64,000 nt of DNA from Giardia intestinalis (Eukaryota): NCBI GenBank assembly GCA_000002435.2, contig CM018791.1. The stretch is one strand, 5' to 3'. The notes below the pieces were generated by a model. The model saw only the letters and a program-made list of their open reading frames with translations, did not search any database and was not told where the DNA came from. The position numbers and the translations under genes are program-made. Numbering within the stretch: the stretch's first letter is position 1; each line of letters opens with the position of its first letter. Positions 48,710 through 58,228 of this stretch are shown one piece after another.

Positions 48710-50719
48710 TTAACACCCATTGGTCATGGATTTGACAGTATGACCTTGTTCTCTATCTAGTTTTGATCCTCGCAGGACAGAGGTGATGTAACCTATGTCC
48801 TCCGTGTTTAGAGCATCAGGGCCCATTCTTTCTACAAGCAGAAGCACACAGTTTTTAAGCTCGATAAGCGCATCCTCTTGCTCCGAAACCCTCCGCACAA
48901 GATTTTTGACTGGCTGGGCTTCCGGCAACATATCCAAAAGCATGGAGTAAAGCTCTGCCCTGAGTTGGTTGTTGGCAGTGGAATTTTTGGTTAGTAGATC
49001 ATTGATCGATATGGGGCCAGACGTATTGAAGCCTATAGTCCCCTCACTGAGCTGCATCGACGTGGTTGCTTTTGGCGCAGCAGCTGTGTGCGAGTGCTGC
49101 AAATCAGACCTACGCAATAGTGACCTAGTCATTGAACACTGAGACGCATGCCTACTCTCTAATACTTCCTGCGGCTTTGTGGCGGCCTGACGGGAGGGGC
49201 TGTAGGTGATCTGCGGCGTCGAGCGGTCAGCCTTGACAACTGCAGACATCGGCCGTGTGGACCTGCCCGACACCGTGGACTCGTCAACAGTGTAACTGTG
49301 ATCATGATAGGCGCTATCCACAAGGGAGGACTGCACCACGGTCGGGCTTCCTATACAGCGCTTCGCCGTGTCTGGCCTGCTGCTGGAGCCATTGAGGCCG
49401 AATGCTAGGCTGCTTGAAGTTAAGGGGCTTCTCACAGACTTGGAACTTGCTTCAGCAGCCAGCTTGGTGATATTTCTGTGAGTCCTTTCACTAAAGACGG
49501 TGGTGTTGCTCTCTACCAGAATTAGTTCCTTGAACAGTTTGGTGAAAAGCTCAAAGGATCTTGGGGTTTCTCTGAGCACTTTACTGCACTGAAACCAGTT
49601 GTCAACGTGTTCTTTATCGGCATTCGCACTAGCATTCTCAACAACGTTAAGTTTTGCGAACACATTGACGCATAGACTAGTGAAGAATTTGCGACTGTTC
49701 TTTGTCCCACTAATTGGACTGGAGATGGTTCTTGTACGTTCTACAAATACCTCTCTGATCGCACTCACAGAGGGAAGAAGATCTTCTTTGTATTCTGAGT
49801 ATATCCCGAGGCAGTCGAAGGCTTTGTTCATGACTGAGGGAAGAGGGCCCATGGCATCTGACAGAGTAATTTGGGAATCTGCCTTTTCTCCGTGTAAGAG
49901 AAGCTTAACACGTTGCAATGAGCTGCAGAGAAGGAGAAAGGCTCGAAACTCTTCCAAACACATCCTTATTTGTGGCGTGTCGGCATACAGGAGATCTATA
50001 TACAATGTTATAGATTCTAGAGTGCTGGTGACGAACAGGAGGAAGACGAATAACGAGGGGAGAGTCTCTAACAAAAACTTCGCATATATCTCGCAGACCA
50101 TCTCTTTATCACTCGTACCATATGCATTTGCAAGGATCAAATTATTTATGAAGATATTGGGGACATACTGAATTTCCTTCAGCAAGTACGGAGCTTCAGA
50201 TGAAGCCAGAGCCTTAAAGAACCTGCTCTCCTCACCCATACCCGACTCATATGCAATTCCCTTGATGCTCAGGTGCGTGCACCCAGGCATCAAAGCGCGT
50301 ATCAAGGCCTCAAATGAGCTCTCGGCCCCTTGCTTGATGGCTAAATTGGTCAGGTTAAGTGTATGCAGTGTGGGATTTGTAACGATCTTCCGTTCAATGT
50401 TTAACTTTTCGGCAGACGAGCCAACGCCAGCGGCATCTACAAAGCTAAAGCTAGAGATGCTAAGTGTCGTAAATTCGCAAACCGACGTTAAGAGCTGAAT
50501 CAGCAAGCCTATAGCGGAGATGGATACATCCATGCACTCGCTTAATACTATGTGCTTTGTGGTGCTCATCGTGGGCACAGAAGCTTTCAGTGCCTGGGAA
50601 ACAGCAATAGCCCCTCTGGACCCGTGCAGCAGATCGTGCAGCAATGGGGTTGCATCAACAACCTTCTCGTTACAGCGCAAGGCTGTGGCAACGTGGGATC
50701 CTTTGCTAGGAGACGCCAT
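48710..50719 (-). CDS. hypothetical protein with leucine-rich-repeat/RNI-like N-terminal region, 669 aa
   Basis: ATG verified. It has LxxLxLxxN-like periodicity (LHTLNLTNLAIKQG...). Confidence 0.65.
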   Translation of the reverse strand: MASPSKGSHVATALRCNEKVVDATPLLHDLLHGSRGAIAVSQALKASVPTMSTTKHIVLSECMDVSISAIGLLIQLLTSVCEFTTLSISSFSFVDAAGVGSSAEKLNIERKIVTNPTLHTLNLTNLAIKQGAESSFEALIRALMPGCTHLSIKGIAYESGMGEESRFFKALASSEAPYLLKEIQYVPNIFINNLILANAYGTSDKEMVCEIYAKFLLETLPSLFVFLLFVTSTLESITLYIDLLYADTPQIRMCLEEFRAFLLLCSSLQRVKLLLHGEKADSQITLSDAMGPLPSVMNKAFDCLGIYSEYKEDLLPSVSAIREVFVERTRTISSPISGTKNSRKFFTSLCVNVFAKLNVVENASANADKEHVDNWFQCSKVLRETPRSFELFTKLFKELILVESNTTVFSERTHRNITKLAAEASSKSVRSPLTSSSLAFGLNGSSSRPDTAKRCIGSPTVVQSSLVDSAYHDHSYTVDESTVSGRSTRPMSAVVKADRSTPQITYSPSRQAATKPQEVLESRHASQCSMTRSLLRRSDLQHSHTAAAPKATTSMQLSEGTIGFNTSGPISINDLLTKNSTANNQLRAELYSMLLDMLPEAQPVKNLVRRVSEQEDALIELKNCVLLLVERMGPDALNTEDIGYITSVLRGSKLDREQGHTVKSMTNGC

Positions 50720-50834
50720 TTACACACAAAGAGCAACCTTTATGCTAAATTTAGTTAAAAACGCGTGAAGCTGTCAAAATTTGAGGCGTGAGACAAAGAT
50801 TTTATGATCTAAGTCCTTGTACCTTTGTGGATTG

Positions 50835-53800
50835 CTACAGCTTGAAGATTCCTCGGCACGCCTGCGATATCACAGCGGGAAAAATGTCTCCTTTCAAGTC
50901 GTTTCTATCGTCAATACAGTTCCTGGCGAGGCAGATAAAGCTAAGCATAGCGACATCTACCCCTGCTTGGCCAAACGTAGCCTTATTTTTTGCCAGATAT
51001 TGACGAATGGTACTAGAGCACTGGTTACACTTGCTCATGATCGCATGGGTCATGAGCTGGGGGCACATTAGAGTTGCTGCTAGTGAGGATGCATATAGGA
51101 GCATCCGGTCGTCTTCGTTGTTCTGCACAGAAGCTCCTCCACGGGCAGTATAGTGCAGGGTCGCTAATCCATTGACAAAATCCAGTAGCTGAATATAAAA
51201 TGACCCCGTTTCAGGGGGCAACGAGTTCGGATATGCGCCAGCCGGAAGTGGAAGCATGCCAACTAATGCAATAATGGTCTCTAGCAGCATAAACTGGGTT
51301 TGAAGGTCTAGACTATCTTTCGGCCTTATTACAGAAAAGACTGAGGCAAGATTTGTCATGAGCGTCCGCAAAAAGGTGGTCACAATCCTTTGCTTGGTTA
51401 TGGCATCAATGTGTTCGTATTTCATATGCTTTGTAATGAGGACGTGGCAGATATATACGAGCCGATGGGTGTATGCCGCTGTTCTAGGATGTTCAGAGCT
51501 AATCTCCCACGCAGCAACATCAGATACCTTGCTCAGCAAGCCCAGTACTAGAGCGTACCCGTAGCTGTCCAATTCTAACGCAGACTGTGCATCGCCAGAC
51601 TGCCCTTGCATCTGTGAACCTAACCGTTGTGAGAAAAATCTGGACATAAACACAGAGCCACCTTCGCAGCCGGTTGTAAAGCAAAACAAAAGATCAGCAA
51701 GAAGAATATAGTGTTCTAATGGGTGGTCTACTAACTTTTGGCTCTCCTGGCGAATAGACGCCGTCTTGCTATCTGCTTTTCTGTAGAGGGCGTACAGTAT
51801 TTGCACTGCATTCTCAATATGGGATCCTTTCAATGCTGCACCAGGATTTCTTCTCTGTAAAAGCATCAATAGACAGGCGATATAGGCTTTCGATGGACTG
51901 CTAGATGTCAAGAAAACGGACTTCTCAGCTAGCATATACGTTTCATTAAATGTACTCTCCAGCTCGCGCATACTAGCCATCAGCGCAAGAGAGTGCTCTA
52001 GAAGACCATCAAGGACCTGATTTGTTGCAAGACAAGTAGCCCGTGGAATATCGGAGTCACTGCGCGGGAGCAAGTTGAGTCGTCCAGTTATTAGCTTACA
52101 CATATGAGCAAGTAGCATTGTGGTATACACATAGAAGTATTCGACTCCCCCACACCCTTTTTTGCGCTCTTGAAGATGCAGTGCAGTACTCAGCATGCCC
52201 TTGTAGAAGAGCTCGGTGTCATCTGTTGACAACGTTGAGAACTGCAAAAAACTTCGGTAGAGCCTAGAAAACACGTAGCACAAACATATCTGCATGCTTC
52301 CCTCAGAAACTATCACGGCTGGGCAATCAATGAAGGAGAACAGAGTCCCCATTGAAAGGGCGCCGATGTGCTGGTAATCGACCATGCGGAACCAGGCTCT
52401 GGAACGGTGTCCTTCAGTAGAGCCTCTTGTGACAGCATCGACATCTTCTGCACCTGAGAACGGTCTTACGAACTCCTCCAACAAGCTTACTGTACGAATG
52501 ACAATAGTCTGAATTAGTGGCCTATTGTTTTCCGGCAGCGAAGCCACACGGGTAACACTTACCATCAGTCGAGAGATTAGGTCAGCGATCAGATTAGCTA
52601 GTTCATGTACGCCCTTATGAATATTTGGTGACAGTTGGAAAATGCGCTCCATGAGTACGAAAGCATCTAAAAAGTCCAGAAGGCAACAAGAGATTACCCC
52701 AGGCTTAAACACTTCTGAAAGGCCTTCAAGCTGTGTCTTGGATGATAGCTTGGCATGTACTTTCGGTAGTAACGCTAAAAGTCCTGTTGTACTTGGCACG
52801 AAGCACAGCTTCACAGCTCGTGAATTTGCAGCCGTAAGCCCATTTTCAATGCAAACCATGAGCATGGTGTGGTACAGTCTAAGGATTTGGGAAGTTGTGA
52901 GCGTAAACCCATCTGGTGTGTAGTTTTTCTGAAAGAAATATAGACAATCCTGAAAGAGAGCCAATATATCTACCGCTGCTTGCTCCGAATGTGCTAGTTT
53001 TGAGCTGCTGTCTAAGATACCGGACAGCGAATCACAGAACAAACTAAGAAGCTCGTTATTGTTGAAGGAGTCGACGCTTCGAGAAACATTAGCCACCGCG
53101 CACAATAGTCCATAGCGCAACACAGGCTCTGCAAGCAGAAATTCTGTTGTGGCTACGTGGTCCCCTAACGCCTGCAAACAGTATGCGAAAGAGATCCCAT
53201 CTTTCACGAAGGCTCTCATTTCTTCAACTAGCTGCGATTTGGAGTGCTTTGAAAAGGCATAATGAATAGCTGTGAGTTGTGACTCTGCACACATGTCAGC
53301 AAAGCAGCAGTCAGACTCATGCATCGCTGTCGTGCCGGATGCTGCTTTAGCCTTGTCTGTGTCATATAGATTGATTGCTTGCTTGGTATATGAAATGCTA
53401 TAAAGGCTTCTTTCAAGGCGCTGCTTCTCCCAGGGGGTAAAGATGACCTTTCCCTCAAAGATTAGTGTGCTGATAGAGTTCCTAAGAAGATTGCGATACT
53501 TGACCGTGTGGATGGCGGATAGGAAGACGGTGTCAGTCCGTGGAATGTTTGCAACTACAGACAGTTCGAATATGAGGATCCTAAGCATACCACCGCGAAT
53601 GGCCTCATTTGATGAAAAGAGGGTGTAATAGAGATCCTTAGCCGTGCATAGATGATAGAGTATGGTGGATTGTAGATTAATACATGCTTTATCGGCTGTT
53701 TGTAGATTGTGATCGTCTCCGTGATGGCCGGGGCCACCAAGAATCTTTACGCCAAGGCTTGCTGCTGCACCAGATGAGTATGCCGACTCCAAGAGGGTAC

Positions 53801-55946
53801 AAGAGTAGAAAAGAGCCAAGAGAACATACACTGCCGCGGTCGGGGCAACGGCTACAAACATCGTTGCTAAGCCACTGATAACAGATGTCATGGAGAGCAG
53901 TCTAAGAATGGCCATTTTCATTTTTAAAATAGAATAATAGATTGCTGAATGATTTGCCTCTTTAAAAACTGAGAGTGCCTTAGAAACAAGTCTGCGGGTA
54001 TCTCTCGTCACATACACTTTGGAGTCCTCCGACCCCCCTGCCACCACAGTATAAAGAAGCTCATAGTAATAGAGGCAAGAAATGGCGAGACGATACGATC
54101 CAGTAGTGTAGAATTCTCCGTCATCTACGCAACTAACAATCAAGCTGACATCCTCCAATGTTGCGACCGTCTTCGCAGTTAGCTCAGGGAGGAATTCGGC
54201 GTCTTCTAATAAGAATTGGCTTCCACACTGCCCTACTATCTCAAAAATTGGCTTAAAAACAGCCTTATCGTATGCTAAGGTAGAAAAGGTCAAAAGTGCC
54301 TGCTCCATTGAAGAGTAGGATAGGGCTATGTTATCTAAATCGGAAAGGTTCATGATGCCGGCCAAACTTTGATTTTCCATTAGAGCATTTGATGCAATTG
54401 ATCGCACTTCAGGAACAGATAGTGTTGAGAGAGTTAAAATGAACACGTCGTAGAAGCACAGCCTTTCAGAAATTGTTGTACCATCATCGCACTCCAGTGG
54501 CCTGGGGTACTTTTGATATCCTGTGCATAAAGAATCATAGAGTAGAGTAAAGGCCTCCTTGTCGGAAATCTGAAGAAAAATCAAGGGGATGTGTCCGCAA
54601 ATAATCGAGGTACTGTGGGTGTCTTTCAACCAGTCTGCAATCCAGATTCCAGTGTCACTTGCTGTTAGCAGTCTAGTGACAACAGTCCGAAGGTTCTGCG
54701 ACGACGTAACACTCCGACGATTAACGGGCACCAGCTCCCAATAGAAGGGGACAATAGCAGGAGTACATGCCGAGGTTGTAGTGGTGAACGCCAGTGCAAC
54801 AATCTCTATATTTCTCTGCAGCAGCTGAGCAGGGCAACTAGCCACGACACGAAGGAGAGCCTCCTGGAGGTCATCTTCTGTGGCATTAAGCACTTTCGTG
54901 CCCGAGACATCCTCAAGAGATATATATGCATCGCAAGCGCGCAAATTGGTGATAGAGAAAAAGCTTGTGAAAATGAGATCTGCGTGGTCGGGAAATGCAG
55001 CTATCAATAGCCAGATTAATCTGAGTAATGCGCTTTTACTACTCTCCCCGAACTCAAATGCTAGAGTCCTGGCTATGTTCCGTAGATAAGTAATAATCCA
55101 TGTCACAGGTTGAGAAACCTCTATAGACCCTAATATGCCAAGAATCTTTCCATGTTCCACCGTTTGCAAGAAGACGTCTATAGCGCCATAGGCTCTGGAA
55201 TCACCACGCTCAACTGAATAGCACAACCTCAGGAACTCTACTGTTTCTGCGTACACCTGCTCGAGGCCTCTAAATATGTACGAGTTAGGACCATGCTGTG
55301 GCACTGGGGGTGGTGCATGGGGTGATGCTCTAGATGCCTGCGTGTTAATGTCTAAGCATAGCTCCACAATGATGCGCTCCCAAGACGAGAGGGGAAAGCA
55401 CACGGATTTAAGATAACTTTCAGCGAACCTTTCTACTAATAAATCAAAATCTGCACCCTTCTCAAGAGATCTCGCAATGGTGCAAGTAACAATGAGCAGC
55501 GTTGCCGCTCTAACAGTCGGGTTCTCAGAGGAATCCCTGAGGCGGCGTGAGCAGAATTGGAGTATTGTTTTTTGGAGGACAGGAGTCATGGAGTTGACGG
55601 AGTAGAGGAGCAAAGCATAGATCTCAGGGAAGGGTTCAGACATAAGGCTGTAAGTTAGCTGAATAAACTCATCTGGTATGGATTCTATTCGTTTATGGCG
55701 ACGCAGAGCCAGAAGGAACAGCTGCAAAATAACTCTGAGAACAAGCTCTTCTTTTTCACTGTTCCGCTCCCGTGCAAATCGCAATAGAGGCTTGTACGAC
55801 AAAATATCGGAGCTATCTCTTAGGCCTAGCTGGACATGAAGTGATAGTCGAACGAGGCTCCGTAATAACTCCAAGGGTGGCTCAGTACAATTACCAAGCT
55901 CCCTTATCAAGTTCATTTTTGAATTTTTGGTTAGAATTTTATTCAT
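50835..55946 (-). CDS. hypothetical very large alpha-helical (HEAT/ARM-like) protein, 1703 aa
   Basis: ATG verified (cat at 55944-55946). It is a long uninterrupted ORF, and no catalytic motifs recognised. Confidence 0.7.
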   Translation of the reverse strand: MNKILTKNSKMNLIRELGNCTEPPLELLRSLVRLSLHVQLGLRDSSDILSYKPLLRFARERNSEKEELVLRVILQLFLLALRRHKRIESIPDEFIQLTYSLMSEPFPEIYALLLYSVNSMTPVLQKTILQFCSRRLRDSSENPTVRAATLLIVTCTIARSLEKGADFDLLVERFAESYLKSVCFPLSSWERIIVELCLDINTQASRASPHAPPPVPQHGPNSYIFRGLEQVYAETVEFLRLCYSVERGDSRAYGAIDVFLQTVEHGKILGILGSIEVSQPVTWIITYLRNIARTLAFEFGESSKSALLRLIWLLIAAFPDHADLIFTSFFSITNLRACDAYISLEDVSGTKVLNATEDDLQEALLRVVASCPAQLLQRNIEIVALAFTTTTSACTPAIVPFYWELVPVNRRSVTSSQNLRTVVTRLLTASDTGIWIADWLKDTHSTSIICGHIPLIFLQISDKEAFTLLYDSLCTGYQKYPRPLECDDGTTISERLCFYDVFILTLSTLSVPEVRSIASNALMENQSLAGIMNLSDLDNIALSYSSMEQALLTFSTLAYDKAVFKPIFEIVGQCGSQFLLEDAEFLPELTAKTVATLEDVSLIVSCVDDGEFYTTGSYRLAISCLYYYELLYTVVAGGSEDSKVYVTRDTRRLVSKALSVFKEANHSAIYYSILKMKMAILRLLSMTSVISGLATMFVAVAPTAAVYVLLALFYSCTLLESAYSSGAAASLGVKILGGPGHHGDDHNLQTADKACINLQSTILYHLCTAKDLYYTLFSSNEAIRGGMLRILIFELSVVANIPRTDTVFLSAIHTVKYRNLLRNSISTLIFEGKVIFTPWEKQRLERSLYSISYTKQAINLYDTDKAKAASGTTAMHESDCCFADMCAESQLTAIHYAFSKHSKSQLVEEMRAFVKDGISFAYCLQALGDHVATTEFLLAEPVLRYGLLCAVANVSRSVDSFNNNELLSLFCDSLSGILDSSSKLAHSEQAAVDILALFQDCLYFFQKNYTPDGFTLTTSQILRLYHTMLMVCIENGLTAANSRAVKLCFVPSTTGLLALLPKVHAKLSSKTQLEGLSEVFKPGVISCCLLDFLDAFVLMERIFQLSPNIHKGVHELANLIADLISRLMVSVTRVASLPENNRPLIQTIVIRTVSLLEEFVRPFSGAEDVDAVTRGSTEGHRSRAWFRMVDYQHIGALSMGTLFSFIDCPAVIVSEGSMQICLCYVFSRLYRSFLQFSTLSTDDTELFYKGMLSTALHLQERKKGCGGVEYFYVYTTMLLAHMCKLITGRLNLLPRSDSDIPRATCLATNQVLDGLLEHSLALMASMRELESTFNETYMLAEKSVFLTSSSPSKAYIACLLMLLQRRNPGAALKGSHIENAVQILYALYRKADSKTASIRQESQKLVDHPLEHYILLADLLFCFTTGCEGGSVFMSRFFSQRLGSQMQGQSGDAQSALELDSYGYALVLGLLSKVSDVAAWEISSEHPRTAAYTHRLVYICHVLITKHMKYEHIDAITKQRIVTTFLRTLMTNLASVFSVIRPKDSLDLQTQFMLLETIIALVGMLPLPAGAYPNSLPPETGSFYIQLLDFVNGLATLHYTARGGASVQNNEDDRMLLYASSLAATLMCPQLMTHAIMSKCNQCSSTIRQYLAKNKATFGQAGVDVAMLSFICLARNCIDDRNDLKGDIFPAVISQACRGIFKL

Positions 55947-56316
55947 TTTGCAAGAACTAGGACTACCTGTTCGGCGGGCGGTGTCGGGGATGCCATAGGC
56001 TCCATGAATAAATTGCTGGCATGAGGAACGAACAGTGAGAAGGATTGAAAAATCATTTACTCATCACAATTGGATTGCGCACGATGCAAATATGAGCTCT
56101 GCAATTATGCAACTTTAAAGGTCATAACTTATAGATTGCTTTGTACAGGTGCTTATGTTTGCATGCGCAGGCCAAGCTCATGCGCAGCAGCAGGCAAACC
56201 GACCATAGTTTGAGGCTCTACGCTAACATTTGCTGCAAAACTTAAAGCATAAAGTAATACAATCATCCAGAGTTAAAAGCCCTTTGGTATCTGCTTCTAG
56301 CTCAAGAAAGAGACCA

Positions 56317-58158
56317 TCACGGTGGAAATGGATTGGGTCGGGCCTTAAATTGCTCAAACACAGGCCTCGCTATACATTTTTCATGCCGTTTGGAAGCAGA
56401 GATGGACCTGGGCCGAGTCCCAGATGCCAACGGATAAATGCTTTCAATGGTATTTGTGGAACTGACTCGGGCACTTTTGCTAAAGCGCCGTGTCTGAGGA
56501 CTGTCATAGGTTTTCAAGCTAGCTGTTTTGGCGCTACTTGATCTACAAGCATGTACACTTTGGGGGTGGTCATGAGCCTTCAACCGTGCCTGTATTCTAT
56601 GTCCTAATGCATGTATTTGGTTAATGTCGGACTCCATCGCGTCCAGAGCTTTATCAGTTTCTCCGCGTAGGATCCATAGCTTATTGAGAGCCGACTTTTT
56701 GGCTGAGATTGCCTGGCAGAGAAGCCTTATTTCTTCGCCGCGCTCCCACGTTCTGTTGGGATCCTCCTTGGCAATTTTAAGCACCTCATCCAAGTGCTGC
56801 TGAAAGCTGCGGAGCTCTGCTTCAGTACTGGTGATTAAGTCTGCTATCATTGGTATTTGCTTACGATGAATAATATGTAGTTTGTTGCTCTGATTACCTG
56901 TGCTCTGCTTTTTCCGCATGCGTGACGAACTCTTTCGAACGCTTCTTCTGCCTGAAGACTTGCGTGACGACGCCCGAGAGGACCCACTGCTGGAGGGAAT
57001 GCTAGTGTTTGGACTTGATAGTAGCCTATGAGTCTGTGGAGGGTTCTCAGAGATGCTGGAAATTGGGGTGCCTTTAACCGTTGTTTCTTTATCAGGTATG
57101 TAAGACGTTGAGGTGAAGCCGTTGGGATAACGTGTAGCTTTTGCTATATTCATCTGTGTTTGTTTGCTTGGAGTTTTAATGGAAGCAACTCTTAAAGCTG
57201 CGCCTGGAGAACTTTGCAAGAAGACGCTATGTGATGTAGGCTCTCCATGTACTTGTTGAAAAGAATCAGATGTCCTTGTTAGGTCTATACTCTGCACTGG
57301 ATCATCTAATTTTACCACGTTCTTGTGCTTGAGCTTTGTAATAGGCTGGACATCAGTAGTGCTGTCGACTGTGTACGCTATCGCAGACGTATCTACACTA
57401 GGTCCAGTAACAGATGTGCTATCAAGCTCGTTGTGAGACGAAAGCGGAGACTGAAATTCGTCATATGCTATTTCGTGGACGATGTTTGCTAGAGTGACAC
57501 AGCTTTTCCGTGTTTTGTCAAGGTCTTCTTGCATGGATCTGAGTTCTTCTGTCAACGACTCAGAAGTCATGGTCTTCTGATCAAGACGTGCTAATAGAGC
57601 ATCATATTTTCTCTGAAGATCTAAAAGTTGCATTCGCGTCTCACCCTCAGTTGTAATTCCCTGTCTACCCAATGTGCTACTGTCGTCCATTGGCCTCAGA
57701 AAGTTAGATGGTGTTGGCGTAGACGTGCTGGGATGTAACTGGTCCTGTTGTGTTGTAAATGCCTTGTGGGCCTTGTTGACACTCTCTTTATCAAAGACTT
57801 CCGAACGCTTTTCTCGCAGCATAGATAAGCCAGTTGGTATAGACCCCAAACCACTGAACTGCTTACCTCTGGAGGGATCTGTGCGTACACACCATGAAGC
57901 GGTAGGAGAGGGCGTCAGTAACGGATGGACTGAAGCTTGTGGAGGCGGTGCAGAGGATGGAAGGGCACTAGATAGCGACGCGCTGCTGGGATAATCATTG
58001 GACGATGCGGTAGCAAGACTTGGGGTTTTAATGCTTGAGGAAGGAGGACTGTGTAGTGCAGTGAATGTGCCTGGAGAAGTGAATGGAAAGGTAGGGTGTA
58101 CAGGTGGTGGGCAGTATGAGGCCAGACGCAGAGCCTCAGAGAAAGATGGTCCTTGCAT
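56317..58158 (-). CDS. hypothetical S/P-rich, coiled-coil protein, 613 aa
   Basis: ATG verified. The N-terminus is Ser/Pro-rich low complexity. It has two coiled-coil blocks and a basic serine-rich segment (SSRKSSGRRSVRKSSSRMRKKQS). Confidence 0.6.
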   Translation of the reverse strand: MQGPSFSEALRLASYCPPPVHPTFPFTSPGTFTALHSPPSSSIKTPSLATASSNDYPSSASLSSALPSSAPPPQASVHPLLTPSPTASWCVRTDPSRGKQFSGLGSIPTGLSMLREKRSEVFDKESVNKAHKAFTTQQDQLHPSTSTPTPSNFLRPMDDSSTLGRQGITTEGETRMQLLDLQRKYDALLARLDQKTMTSESLTEELRSMQEDLDKTRKSCVTLANIVHEIAYDEFQSPLSSHNELDSTSVTGPSVDTSAIAYTVDSTTDVQPITKLKHKNVVKLDDPVQSIDLTRTSDSFQQVHGEPTSHSVFLQSSPGAALRVASIKTPSKQTQMNIAKATRYPNGFTSTSYIPDKETTVKGTPISSISENPPQTHRLLSSPNTSIPSSSGSSRASSRKSSGRRSVRKSSSRMRKKQSTGNQSNKLHIIHRKQIPMIADLITSTEAELRSFQQHLDEVLKIAKEDPNRTWERGEEIRLLCQAISAKKSALNKLWILRGETDKALDAMESDINQIHALGHRIQARLKAHDHPQSVHACRSSSAKTASLKTYDSPQTRRFSKSARVSSTNTIESIYPLASGTRPRSISASKRHEKCIARPVFEQFKARPNPFPP

Positions 58159-58228
58159 TTATGGTTTGATTGTAAAGATTGCAAAAAATCGACGGAAGCC
58201 AGTAGCACTAACTAGCGGTCGTACAATT

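Noticed and set aside
57998-58228. 5' extension of the ABC-transporter ORF (MDDAVARLGV...) overlapping the start of the opposite-strand 613-aa gene
   Set aside because: It has no transporter-like sequence. It would overlap the neighbouring gene's N-terminus in antisense. The first ATG after that gene (58229) gives a sensible N-terminus.
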